A DNA stretch of 64,000 bases, from contig JAQFVV010000003.1 in assembly GCA_028023455.1 (NCBI GenBank), positions 11,222,001-11,286,000 of the forward strand, read 5' to 3'. Source of the stretch: Epiperipatus broadwayi. Lineage: Eukaryota > Animalia > Onychophora. The notes beneath the pieces are model-generated. The model was not told the DNA's origin, made no database searches, and saw nothing but the letters and a program-made list of their open reading frames with translations. Of this stretch, positions 12,470-25,248 are shown in pieces. A program made the position numbers and the translations under genes. Within the stretch, counting starts at the first letter, position 1. Each line of letters begins with the position of its first letter.

Positions 12470-12770
12470 TTGACAAAGGGATGCAAGATTTCATGTTGAT
12501 TCAATTCAGGTCTCTTGCAATTACCAATGCCTCCTTGAACTTTCTTATGATCATCCCTATCTACTCAAATGGTCTTAATATGAGAAGGTAGTTTGTTGCC
12601 ATGCTGGAATATTTGGGAGGCTCATCTAAAGCTTAGTGGAATATTATTGGTAGTGGCTTGTTTATAATTTTTTTTTACTATATTTATTAATATCAAATAT
12701 TTGTAGCCTATCTCTGTGAGGTCTTTGATGTATTCTTTGATGTTCTTATACACTATATTCAGAAAAGAGG
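12470..12770 (-). mobile_element. Additional GIY-YIG C-terminal fragment (PLE-like)
   Basis: Minus strand RKFKEALVIARDLN.NQHE resembles RKIKEAL.I.....LNRD.G. Confidence 0.35.
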
Positions 12771-12779
12771 TATTATACC

Positions 12780-13925
12780 GAATTTATAATTATTGAGGTT
12801 TAGCACTTTTGAAGGTGAAGTATATCCTCAAATTCATTGCATTAATGTATGTATAATAGGGTTTATATCTATATGTAGGCTGTAAATTTATTTAAATTTT
12901 TTGTAAAATTTATCTTCAAAAGATATAAGCACGATTCCTGCCTAATTTATAGCATTAGGGTTGTTAGCTATATGCCAGATCTCTCAATTTTTTGCTTGGC
13001 ATCATTTTGCTTGATGCATGCAATGTTGGAATCTGTGACTCAAATGTGTGGCCCATTGCATGTTGGTGCTTGAGAAAGATTGACTTATGTTAAGATTATT
13101 TATGACTTGTTTAGAGATATTTGTGTTGAGATATACTTTTAGAATGTGATTCACCTTAATAGATAAGCCTGAATCTTGCCTGGAGCATGCAATTTTATAT
13201 ATGGTGTGTTAAGATTTGTCATTATGTAATCTGTCTTATAAGACTATTTGTTGTGGGAGCAGTATGATAGCTTATTCAATGTGTTTGTGAGCAAACTTTA
13301 TATTTTTGTCTATCTATGGTATATATAGAAGCAATATCCAAGGCTTGTCATCCTTGGAAGTTTATTTTTATTTTATTGTAAAATTGTTCAATTCTCCTTG
13401 TGATGTCAGACTATCTGAAGTCTATCCCATTTAGTGCATTTAGGTATTACTTGATATTTGATTTTAAATCACCTTCATACTTGCAGAGGTGGTGGTTTTG
13501 TGAGAATTGGGAGAGATGGATTTGAAATGCATGTACTCTCTTATTTGTATAGGATTAATATTCATTTTGTAATTTGGAAATTATCTCTCTGGATTTGGAG
13601 ATCTAAATATTTTAGCTGCCTTTGCTGGTCCTTCCACTCCATTGGCCATATTAGTGCTGATTTGGCTTCGAGGTTATTTTTAATTTTATTTATAAGGAAT
13701 TCTGGACAGCATGTTACATTAGGAGTATTTTCAATGTATTTGGAGAAATTTTATTTATAAGGATCTTTGAGCAGCATATAAACATGTCATCTATGTATCT
13801 AATGTATGTTACATTGGGAGTATTTTCAATGTATTTAGGGGCAACCTGCTTTTCAATGTTATTTAGATAAATACTCAAGATAATTCTACTTATTGGTAAT
13901 CCCATTCACCATCTATCCATCATTT
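12780..13925 (-). mobile_element. Penelope-like element, 5'-truncated inverted arm
   Basis: ORF 13714-13905 PMGLPISRIILSIYLNNIEK...YIRYIDDMFIC (PLE RT motifs). GIY-YIG IYKIACSRQD..HQHAMGHTF..WHIANN. Reverse-complement homolog of 14630-15745. Confidence 0.8.
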
Positions 13926-13929
13926 TCAT

Positions 13930-15745
13930 TACAAAGATTGCCAAATTTATTCAATGTAAACCTATTAAATCCACTGATTAAAGCTGGGATGCAAATAGGC
14001 ACCACCAAGTGGTTCCTTGCTGATAACAACACAATATGTTTAAAGAAAAATAGATTTATCTTAATCAACCTAGCCGAATTTATGAAAAAAATGAATGTAC
14101 AAATAAATAAACTGAAATTTAATCTACTCCCAAATTATAACATAAAGTGGGAATAAAAATAAGTGACATATAGCATAAACATTGCAATATTGTTTACCAA
14201 TGACGAATATTATAAAATATATCTGCTGACACCAATTTCACCATGAATATTCATCAATGCTAAATTGTACAAGCCAAACACCCCACTTAGGACAATGTTA
14301 GACTTTGGAAGCATGAATTACTACAGCACCATTAAAATCATTCATCTATGCCTCACAGACTAACTAGGTTATAATGCTTATGCTATCAATCCATCCTTTG
14401 AATTCATAAATATAATTAAAAGCATAAATTTAGTTATACATCATAAAATGGCATCTTTAGATATAACTGAGCTATATGGCTCCACAAACAAAAAGCAGAC
14501 TATTAACACAATAAATGCAAAACTTATGATCACCAATTACTTATTATTACAAATTAACTTTATAATGGACTGTCTTAACTGGTGAGACAACAGAATTGTG
14601 ATCCTATTTCATGGTCAATATTATAACAAGATAGATGGATAGCCAATGAGACTACCAATAAGTGGTGTTATCTTGAAAATTTATCTAAATAACATCAAAA
14701 AGATCCTCATTAATACATCGAAAATATTCCCAATGCAACAGACCCTAGATGCACAAATGACAAGTTTATATGCTGCCTAGGGCTCCTTATATATAAAATT
14801 AAAGATGACTTCGAAGCCAAATCAGCATTAATGTGGACAATTGAGTTGGAAGACCAGCAAAGACAGATAAAATACTTAGATCTCCAAATCTAGAGAGATA
14901 ATCTCCAGCTAAATTGCAAATTGCATCTTAAGCCTTTACAAATAAGAGGGTGCATGCATCTCAAATCCATCTCTCCCAATTCTTACAAAAATGCCTAGTT
15001 TATCATCATTTCTTTACAGAAACCACCACTTATGCAAATATGAAGCAGATCAAAAATCCAACAATGAATAATACCTAAATGAACTAAACAGGATAGGCTT
15101 CAGGCAGTCTGAAATCATAAGAGTTTTATAATCCCAATAATGATAAGTCTTGGATACTTCTCCCATATATACCACAGGTAACCAAAAATATAAATAAAGT
15201 TTTCTCATAAACACATTGAGTAAGTTATCATACTCCTCTCATAACAAATAGGCCTATAAATAATTCTAAGCACAGATTCCATCATGACCAAACTCCTCAT
15301 ACCATATAAAAGTGCATGACTCCAGGCAGGATGTAGGTGATTTGTTATGGTAAATTTCTCCCATGCCTCTTTAAAAGGATATCTCAATACAGATTTCTTT
15401 ACAAATGAACCATAAAAATAATCATGAACAAAATCCAATCTTACTAGAGCACCAACATGCAATGGGCCACATATTTGAGCCCATAGACACCAACATTGCT
15501 TGCATTGAATGAAATGATTCCAAATAAAAATAGTAAAGATGCCTGGCATATAGCTAACAATCCTAATGCTATAAAAAGAAAGGAATCCTGCTTCCCCCTC
15601 TTGAAGAAATGGACAATATAATTTACAAAAAATTTAATAAACTTATGGCCTATATAGTAATATAAACCCAGTAATGCATACATTAATGCTATGAATATAA
15701 GGACATACTTTACCCTTGGTGCTAAGCCTCAATAAGTATGAATTT
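13930..15745 (+). mobile_element. Penelope-like element (RT + GIY-YIG), decayed
   Basis: PKLYKPNTPLRTMLDFGS (PKIHK..PLRPIV), DG.PM.LPISG, KYLDLQI and the GIY-YIG tail HQHAMGHIFE..WHIANNPNAI; many stops and frameshifts. Confidence 0.8.
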
Positions 15746-16138
15746 AGTATAATTTAATCTTTTCTGAATATTGTGTGTACATGCAGATATTGATAAATAA
15801 CAGTTGTAAAAGGGAAGTGTGCTATATATTTTAAAGTACAGATATAATTTAAATATACATACATGATGATTAAATTTCAACCCTAAAAATTTGTACAATC
15901 ACATAAATGTAGCTTAGACACAAAATTATATAATGCATCTCAGATAGATCCTTCTGTTTATATTAACAGAGTGTGATACTAAGTTTTTTCAAAGATGGCA
16001 GCAACTAGAAGTTTCAACAGAGGTACAGGAGTGATTATTATGAAGTCATGCCAGTTTAATTCATTTTGATTATCATATATAAATGATCATTTTTTAATAC
16101 TTACTATGCATTATAAGATTTTAAGGTTTAATACAGTG

Positions 16139-16159
16139 TGTATATATATATATATATAT
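16139..16159. repeat. (TA)n microsatellite
   Basis: Direct reading. Confidence 0.95.
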
Positions 16160-17100
16160 TGTAACGGAATGGTGTAGAAGGAATTGAAGGATATACCTGG
16201 GGTGATGGAATATCATCATCAATCCCATTTCAAAACATAAATTAATAATTTACAGAAGTAATTATAAGTATAAAATATTTAAGGGGAGCATGAGATTATA
16301 AGACCACTGAGAACATAGAGAGATCAAAGACAGCATAATTAATTATCAACCAGCATTATCAAAAGGTAAAAGTAAACATCAGTCTAATTAATACTCAAAG
16401 AAACCATTCATCATCGTGAATGAACCACAATAAAATATAATATAATCAACAGTCCATCTTGTGGCTAGATTTGAACAATAAAAAATATAAATCAACAGTC
16501 AATCTTGTGACTGGATTGGAAATGGGTCTCCTGTAGACCAAGCTAATATTGAGCCTTTGCCAGCTTGGTCACTTATTTAACCATTAATTTGGATGCACCA
16601 CTTAAGTGCTAAACCATAAGAACACATAATAATCAGAAAATCTAAACAATAATGCTGATACATAAACATGCTAATCATTATCAATGCTCTGGCCACTTGT
16701 ACTGGCCAACTATAAACTTAACTTCTAATAAGACTAAATTAAAATAAAATATAGTGCATGGGCTTTAAAGATGATTGATCATCGCTGGATACCCCAAAAG
16801 TACTAATATACATCCCCATTTGTATATTCATCTGTGCTCAAGTCTAGCTCAGAGAACATAAGCTCTATTACTGTACGTAACCAAGAGATGATGCAATACA
16901 ATTTTAACAATTAAATACAAGTTTATTAATAACAAAAAAATAAATATTAAGATCTGCAGAATCAGGCTTCTGATTTTGAATATTATACAAAAGTATATAC
17001 ACAACTAAAATTATTACATTGGTTTACAATATTTCTTAATAAGTATCTATAAATGCATACATATATCCGTATACAGATGTGCGTTTTATAATATACAATG
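16160..17100 (-). repeat. LTR-like segment(s) with two apparent TG-starting termini (16160, 16872)
   Basis: The minus strand ends ...ccattccgttaca at 16160, and ...aataaa(~45 nt)ggttacgtaca at 16872. No partner LTR or TSD found. Confidence 0.3.
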
Positions 17101-18196
17101 AAAACATTTCAATTAATTATAAAAAAAAATGATTACATTTTACACATGTGTTATAATTGACAAGCACTGGTATTTGCAATACAATTGACAGATATACACA
17201 TATACACACACATACATGTGTGTGCATGAAATTTCTCAACATATTTGATTTGCTATAAAATAATTATCAAAATCTTAGCTATATAAAAATATAATAAATG
17301 ATTAAAGTTTCAGTTAAATGGTTTACATTTTATATACTAGGTTTACTGAAACATATATATATATAATTTGCACAGACATATGAAATATTAATTTATCTAC
17401 ATAATATTTGTATTTATCACAACAAAATTATTAAAGATTATTTTTGCAATTTAATTCTCTTTGCTGAATATAGTCCTTTTCTTTAAAATAAGAATTATTA
17501 AATTTTTGACAGATGATTGTTGATTGATTTAAAATGTCTTTTTTTAATAAACGAAAGATAATATTTATAGAATTAAAATAATATAAATTTCCAAATAGCT
17601 TTCTGCTTGATTAGTTAATGCTGATGAAGTAGGCAAGGTGAGATAGGAAAAGTGAATATGTGAACTGCAGCTCCCCATGCCATGATAAGAAGACAGCCAA
17701 GTGTGGACTACCAGAACACAAGCCTCCATGACATTGTGAGAAAATACATCATTTTTAAGTACTGCCCCTTCTAAGTATCTAGACAGATCATCCACAAGTA
17801 GTATCCAGAAAAAAAAATCAGGCATTGAGCCAGCCTTGTTCAACTCTTGTGAGTCTTGGGGGCTATAGATGAGGTCTATTCATGAGACCAAGGCCTATTC
17901 ATGAGGCCTACATATACACCACTGAACTATTCTGGGAGCCTCAACACCTAGGTCTAGACAGTCCCAAGTATACTTTGGAGCATCATGAACATACTGCATC
18001 CAGGCAGCCCTGATCAACTATACACCCACCATAAACATGAAAAGTACAAATTCATGCATCAGTTCTAAAATGTCATTTTACTAAAGAAATTATTTAAAAT
18101 TTGATTATTATATATAACTCTACTCACCACAGCTGTATATATGTTTATCTGTGCTTTTCTGCCTTTAGATACATCAGCATATATATATATAATTAC

Positions 18197-18255
18197 TTCT
18201 TCAGAAAGCTGGGATTCCCTGGGCGAGCTGGAAGATTTTTTGGTTGTTTTCTCAT
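18197..18255 (-). CDS. Candidate first coding exon MRKQPKNLPARPGNPSFLK+ (unknown gene)
   Basis: ATG at 18255, donor AA|GTAATT at 18197/18196, upstream acceptor tttttag at ~18300, CpG-rich context. Homologous to the 20109 exon candidate. Confidence 0.35.
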
Positions 18256-18299
18256 CCTTGGTGTTCACCTTAAGATGTCGCTACTTCTAGGTAAATTCC

Positions 18300-18640
18300 T
18301 AAAAATATACCGTTTCACCGGCCTTCACCCAACAAAAGAGGAATTTTTCTACATTATAAATGCAGAAAAGTCCTCATGTTATGTTGGACAGAGGAGGCAG
18401 CGGCGACAGAAGCCAACACAAAGAGACTTCTTTCTATGATAAAACACAGAAAGAGTTCCCGACGGCTGCCGGTTATGGCTTTTTTTCTATGCTAAAAGCA
18501 AAGAGAAAGAAATGCCTTGATCGGCTGCCATAGTAGTCGATTTTGTTCATCATTTTCTCATAATAGTAGAATATCTATTTTCTCTGTAGTTTCGTGTGAG
18601 AGTGCGTGTCTTTGAAGCAGTCGTAGTTTTTTAAAATTTG
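18300..18640. promoter_or_regulatory. CpG-retaining promoter-like segment
   Basis: Many CpGs in an otherwise CpG-poor window; YY1-like ggctgccat motif; adjacent to the exon candidate. Confidence 0.4.
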
Positions 18641-18854
18641 ATAAGACGTCTATTTTTTTTAATGTGTTGTAACTTACTTTACTGTTGTAAGTTTAGTAAT
18701 AATGTCCTGAAGATTCCATTACGAAGGAGTAAACCCTCAAAAATTGCTTTTAAGGGTGCAAAGGGGAAAAAAATTAAAGGATCACGTGAAAAGTACCATT
18801 TTCACGAGAATTTGTCTGTGACCAGTTACTTTTGCTATATATATATATATATAT

Positions 18855-19370
18855 GCACAAACAAAAACAACCCACTGTCTAATTATTAGGAATTACTTGT
18901 CTGAAAAATAAAATTAGTCGGGTATTTTTTTTTTTTTGTTTTGTTACATTTATTATTTCAAAATAAGATTAGTTTTTATATCTACACACTAACAAAAACA
19001 ACCCAGTTCCTGATTAATTACTGTCTTTGAAAAAAAAAAAAAGCAAATTCAATGGGGTTTGATCTTTTTCAATGGAGTCTTTGAATTACGGTTTGTTTGT
19101 TTTTATATATATACAAGATTTACCAAAAAAGAAAAAAAGAAACCCACTTTCTGATTAATTACTGTCAAAAGAAATGCAAATTAGTCGGCTATCATTTTTA
19201 AATTTAGTATTTCAATAACGGTACCCTTTTTATATAGACAGAATTAACAAAAACAACCCACTTTCTGATTTATTACTGTCCATCCCCCATCCAAAAAAAA
19301 AAGAAAATGGAAATTAGTCGGGTATCATTTTTCAATCGAGTCTTTTAATGACGGTCCTTACTAATAATAG
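18855..19370 (+). repeat. Minisatellite array 1 (~4 diverged units of ~130 bp)
   Basis: Recurring aacaaaaacaacccactttctgattaattactgtc...aaattagtcgggtatcatttt...acggt. Confidence 0.85.
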
Positions 19371-19429
19371 TCGGATATCAATTCTAAATTGTAGTATATA
19401 AATTACATTACTTTTGATAGATTTAGAAT

Positions 19430-19940
19430 TACATCTTGCTTATTTAATAAAATGATTGATTTACTCTTGATCAAAAATACCGTAACTTTAAAAAAAAAAA
19501 GACAAACATAAAGTCCAAAAAAAAAATGAGAAAAAGCCCCATAACTTTAAAGATACACACAAACTCAAAAACAATCTAAGATTAATAAACATTGACTTAT
19601 TACGTCTTGCTTTTGAATCAAATTATTGATTTACTCTTGCAAAAAAAATACCGTAACTTTAAAAAGACACACCTAAAGTCCAAAAAAAAAAAAAATTCCA
19701 AAAAGCCCAGTAACTTTAAAGACACACACACACAAACTCAAAAACAAGATAAGATTAATAAACATTTACTTATTACGTCTTGCTTTTGAATAAAAGTATT
19801 GATTTACTCTTGCAAAAAAAAAAAAAAAGACCGTAACTTTAAAAAGACACACACGTAAAGTCAAAAAAATTAGAAAAACACCGTAACTTTAAAGACACAC
19901 AAACTCAAAAACAAGATAAGATTAATAAACATTTACAAAA
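19430..19940 (+). repeat. Minisatellite array 2 (~3 units of ~170 bp)
   Basis: Recurring attgatttactcttg..(A)n.accgtaactttaaaaagacac...gtaactttaaagacacacaaactcaaaaacaa..taagattaataaacatt. Confidence 0.9.
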
Positions 19941-20108
19941 ATGAAAAAAACTAACATCATATAATAGTATTAGTTAGTAGAATATTTTATTACAAATCCA
20001 AGAAATCAGATCTTTTTACATCAAATCGATCATTTAGGTCAGGCCCGGAATCGTTATATGTATATGTTTTTGATTATCATCAATGCCATCTTAAAGCGAA
20101 CACCAAGG

Positions 20109-20133
20109 ATGAGAATACAACCGATTTTTCTTG
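20109..20133 (+). CDS. Candidate first coding exon MRIQPIFL+ (unknown gene)
   Basis: ATG at 20109 and consensus donor G|GTAAGT at 20133/20134. Inverted homolog of 18232-18329. Confidence 0.35.
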
Positions 20134-20199
20134 GTAAGTTTGATTTTAGTGATCGTCATCATCAGGAAAAAGTACAATCCATGTAAAATGTTGGTCTGT

Positions 20200-20600
20200 A
20201 GTTGTTCTCTTTCTGTCTAGATTATTCCAGGCAAGCAGCTGTCTTAGTTTGATAGATTTCAGGCAAGCAACTGACCTCTTCAAGTTTAAGGCTATGAATT
20301 TCAGCACAAAGAAGTGGGTCATTTTCTCCATGAAAATTCAAACTCCAGTGATGAAAAATAGTAGCAGTTTCTGAATCTACTGTCCTGCCATCAGCTACAT
20401 CAGTTTATGGTAGATATTCTGCCAACTCTATAGTCAGCTATAACCAACTGCTGCAAACTTCAACAAACTGCAACAAAATATTGGAACCAACTTTGCAGTT
20501 GACCTGTTCTTACTAAAAACTATTAACCAGATGGATCGCTTCAAAAATCACTATCCAGATTGCAGCTGATATTTTTATCAGCCCTTTTATTGAATCATCT
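20200..20600 (+). mobile_element. Possible DIRS-type RNase H/MT-domain remnant
   Basis: Plus-strand frame NFNKLQQNIGTNFAVDLFLLKTINQMDRFKNHYPD resembles the DIRS pattern F..I...WG...VDLFAS..N.Q..RF.S..PD. Confidence 0.35.
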
Positions 20601-20732
20601 GAGATAATAACAATATCTTGATTGAAAACAGAGTTTTATTTTTATCTCTCTAATCCCTTGGAATCTACATACATGTTTTAATTAATTAAAAAATTTCAAA
20701 AACAAGTATGGTGTTTTTACATTTCAAAATCA

Positions 20733-20733
<1 letters not shown>

Positions 20734-20769
<36 letters not shown>

Positions 20770-20790
20770 CATAATAATAATAATAATAAT
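20734..20790. repeat. (AAT)n microsatellite
   Basis: Direct reading; explains the poly-Ile ORF 20708-20896. Confidence 0.97.
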
Positions 20791-20842
20791 ACAATATTTA
20801 TATTTATTCAGACCATTTAAAAGTTTAATTTATAAAACAATT

Positions 20843-21008
20843 TTTATTTTAAATCAGAGTTATTATTTATTTATTTTTTTATTTCAGCGAATATAGAAAA
20901 TATCTACTACAATTTTGGTCTGTGTTAAATTTTATTTTAAATCAAAGTTATTATTTTTTTTTTATTTCAGTGAATGTAGAAAATATCTACTACAATTTTT
21001 GTCTGTGT
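20843..21008 (+). repeat. Two-copy ~86-bp tandem duplication
   Basis: tttattttaaatca.agttatta...ttatttcag.gaat.tagaaaatatctactacaatttt.gtctgtgtt occurs twice. Confidence 0.9.
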
Positions 21009-21039
21009 TTATTTCTATTTTTCTTTTCAGCTTTATATA

Positions 21040-22860
21040 TATTTATGCACACACCCTATATTATGGTGTGTTATGAATAGAATATTTGCATCATCTTCAG
21101 TTCCTATTTTACTGATGGAGATTTCAATGTATCATACACTATATTTGTGTCCAAATGTTTGCATCTCATTAATATTCCACTAATGAATGGTAAGAGGTTT
21201 CTACTATGTAATACAATCTCATTTGACAATGGCAGATATTCATCACTGATTGACTTAGTTTTTTATTCAACTTTACTACATCACTCACTTAAAATCCAAC
21301 TAGTCCCTGCTCCATTCTTAGATCACTTTGCAATAATGGCAATTCTAGATCAAAATTATACATTCCACCCAATACAAAACAATAAAGATGTTATTGCCTA
21401 CAAGAACTACAGAATATCTATATTTAGAAATTTATATTCTACTTATTAAGCTGGAAAAAAAAACTACTTGACACTGCACAAAGATAAATATCACTCACAC
21501 AAATAATTCCACACACTATAAACAAAGATGGATATTATTCACACAAATAATTTCCCACACTACATATAAACTATGTTACTAATTGTACTACACTTCCTAC
21601 AAGCCTCTTAATCCTCGGTGATGAACTACCCAAAAGAGTTACAAAGTGTGCACATACATCAGACAACAGTCAATTTATCTTCAAATTTAAAAAAACATAT
21701 ATCAACATGGAATGTACTAAAGGAATATATTGTACAGAAAAAACAAAATTATTTCTTATATTTGGTCAAAACAATATATCTGATGGGTACCAGGTAAACC
21801 TCCTACATATAGTTTCCCTACTGCTCTATTAATTGACAATGTATTTATGACTGGTGATAATATGCTAACCTCAATCTATGGACACTTCAAAGTAAACTAC
21901 AAAGAGAAATATTTTTCAAACCGTTATATAATTATTTTGGAACACCTGATAAACAAGCACTGTTCAAACCACATGATTTTTTACGAAGTTTGGAATACAT
22001 GCTGAATTTTTCCAAGGCTTTCCAGGCATACCAAAGTTTGCATTTAGACATCTAAGTCAATTCACCTCAAAATATATTGCAAGCATGGCTAACTCCTATC
22101 ATAGGAATGTTATGAAATTCAAAATTTATATCCAATAGAAATTGTCCCATTCATAAAAAAATATATATCACCATCCATAATGCAAAATATAAGACTAATA
22201 TCCATGGATTCATTAGGGATAAATTACTTGAAAAGCTATTAAAAAAAAGAGACATATCTATTATTTCTATTACAATCACTATTCATTAAAAAAGAATCAA
22301 CAGAACAAGCAACATTATTATTCAAGACAGTCATTGATATGGTGCAAAATGCAAACAAATACAGCCCAATGGTAGTACAGCTCAATAATAAAATAGCTTT
22401 GACTCTGTACCAATTTATATTCTCATACAAACTTTGGAAAATATAACATACCTAATTCTATTTTATATGTGCTTACAAATTTACTTATACACAGAGAAAT
22501 ATATATTATTTTAAATAGAAAATGTCTCCCTCTAGTCACTTAATACCTCTAGGATCACCGTTTGGTGCTTTCTTATTTACAACTGACATAAAGTAATTTC
22601 TCAACAACATAGAAAAACATCTTCCAGGCATCTATATTCCCACATTGGGTTGTAATATAACTGCATACTATATATGGATGACACTGCATTCTGTCTTACA
22701 ACAAAAAAAGATATTTCGATAGTTAAAATCATGAAGGAATTTAACAACTCCCATAAACTTGAAGGCAATCATGAAACATCATGTGCATAGTATTTATGCA
22801 GATAAAATATATATGAACACATTTCTTAGCTTACCAAGTACATATTTGTTTTCTTTTCTA
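21040..22860 (+). mobile_element. L1/Tx1-like LINE remnant (APE + RT), same family as 38.8-41.6 kb
   Basis: GDFNV, LIDLVF..DHFAI (APE); YPIEIVPFIKK, VVQL..AFDSV, IPLGSPFGAFLF, GIYIP, YMDD; colinear with ORF 39946-41004. Confidence 0.7.
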
Positions 22861-22893
22861 TCTGAGGAATGTAGCAGATACAAGATAAATTGT

Positions 22894-22955
22894 TGCCTGT
22901 TTTAATAACAGTTATGAGCAAGCATAAGAAGTGGTGATCATGTGATGCTTAGTGG
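22894..22955 (-). mobile_element. Hairpin-ended short retroposon, copy C (fragment)
   Basis: tgcctgttttaataacagttatgagcaagcataagaagtggtgatcatgtgatgcttagtgg matches 54420-54480. TSD unclear. Confidence 0.7.
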
Positions 22956-25127
22956 TGTAATGCCTAATATCACTTTCAAAAGCATGCCTCATTCTATTCT
23001 AAGGTAGCTCTTATCAACATGCTTATAATCACAAAGATAACATACTACTTACCTGTCATAATCTTTACAAAATCATTCATCTCAAATGTTTATTCACTGT
23101 GCAGAAACTCTTAAGAAAATAGTTGCAATTTCACTCAGAAAATTAGTTTCATAGTACTCAAAATTAATTAGGTTTACACCAATTTATATAGGATCACAAA
23201 ATCTATTAACCTTATACCAGTCATGTAAAATTATTTTCATATCTTAAGATGTTAGTTAAGATAACATCAACAGACAAGCCTTCTCCATATACAAAATATC
23301 TTCAGCAATTCTAGTACCAATTAATTTAATGACCAATAGAAAGATAATATTTCCACAAAAAATGGCATTATTGGAAAATTCATGCTCTTTTATATCCAAA
23401 CATAAATGAAGAGGCTGATGCTCCAATTCTTGGCATTAATAATAGGCAACTGATCAGAAGATTTAAATATTGGACTCTTGTGCCAAAATATTTCGATTTT
23501 ATGATCAAAATAAAAATGTGGTCTTCATCTATACTATACTTTTTGAGATATAAGAGAAATCTTGCCAACACAGAAACTATGTCTCATGGAAGAAAGAAAT
23601 AAAAGACTTTTTATTAAGTATAGTAGCCTACAAGTTGACCTTTGGAAAAATAATAGTACATTTCAATTGATAATTAGCTTTCTTCCAAAAGCTTGCTTTG
23701 TAGCAGTAAAAACTATCACATTTGTACTCATGCTCTGTGGTGAACAAGATGCTTATTTCTTTACAAGAATAATACAACAAAACACATGAACACATTTACA
23801 AACAAACTAGATATAATTAAGCAGAGAGACAAAAAACATATTGCTCCAGATATTTCTGCAGCTACATGGTTACTTATTCATCAGTAATCTAGCCCCATGG
23901 TGACATGTTCTAACTATAGTTCCTTATTTTGTCAGGTATATTTATTACAATATTGTATGCTTAACAATATGTAGTGTTTATTTTCTAATTCTAACAAAAT
24001 TTTAAATATGTATATTGTGGGGGTTTTTTCATTCCTATTGAAATATACTAATTTTTATTAATAAAATTCCTTTTGAAACTAAAATTGAATATAAAATTAC
24101 AATTTTTTTTTCATTATCAAAAAAAACCATGTACACCTTTAGCCCTCTTAGCGATGGCAATTGGTCCTCCAAAACTCATCATTAAGCAAGAATATCGTAT
24201 ATATAATACGTATTTATAATGGAGGTCTATGAAAAAAAAATTGGTCAGTTCCAGTCAACAGAAAATATCCACATTGGTTTCCAAGCTCAAAGATTTTCTT
24301 GATTTTTTTATGACAATGATGACTAAATACGGTATCTAAAAAGAAAAGTTTTATATCACTTGGAAAAAAAATGCATATTTTCACTGTTTAAAAAGTACAG
24401 TACAGCAAAAAGAGAAAGTGAAACTAAATTTGAATTTAACAGTTTTTATATTCTTCCACAGAAGTTTTTCATCATAATAAAAAAAAATCCATACTGAAGT
24501 GCATTTTTTTAAAATTTGTATTACAGTACATATTACTGTACATTTATGTTTATTACTTATGTGAAATTATTCAAATTAAAAAACAATGTTTAATTATAAA
24601 TTATTTAATTGAACATAAAGACTTATTACTGTACAAGTAAATCGATCAACTTTAGAAAAAAAATTCAACTTATTTTAAAAGAAAAAAAAACCCAATTGTA
24701 CTAATTTTCTAAAAACATATGCTAAGTTTATTTTTCTTTTATTTTATATTTGCTATAAGTCAATTGTTGGAATCTTAATAAATACTGTACAGTATTTTTA
24801 GTAATCTAATAGTGCCCCCCCCCCACTCCCTTTCGCGTAGAAAGAAATTCATTAACATTTATTTTAAATACAGTACAATCTGTTTTTCTTTTTAAACTTT
24901 TCTAATTCGACATTTGCGTTTTAAAATGTTATTTTTCTTTTGATTTGAAACAACTTGAGTGTAAACAACATGTTTATTAACGAAGTTACAAAATCAATAA
25001 CTATCGTAATTAAGAAACTCACCCATGCAGTTTAATATTCATATTTAGTGTTTTCCTGAAAGTTTGTGATGATGGTATTTTAGTTGTCCTGTACTGTATT
25101 TATATATTGGAGTATTTCATCATCTAA

Positions 25128-25236
25128 TATAAGTGTTGAATGTCTTTAGAAAAATTAAACTTTATTTAAATAATCCAATTACTGTACATTATATTTAAAT
25201 AAAGTTTAATTTTTCTAAAGACATTCAACACTTATA
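25128..25236. repeat. Near-perfect hairpin, ~45-bp arms
   Basis: tataagtgttgaatgtctttagaaaaattaaactttatttaaata versus its reverse complement. Confidence 0.9.
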
Positions 25237-25248
25237 TGTATACAGTAT

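Noticed and set aside
18855-19940. CRISPR-like repeat-spacer pattern
   Set aside because: Units are long, diverged tandem copies without unique spacers; eukaryotic context and no cas genes.
20095-20150. Spliced-leader RNA idea (donor plus gattttag)
   Set aside because: No tandem array, no recognisable leader sequence, and a weak Sm site.
20708-20896. Poly-isoleucine ORF
   Set aside because: Translation of an (AAT)n microsatellite.
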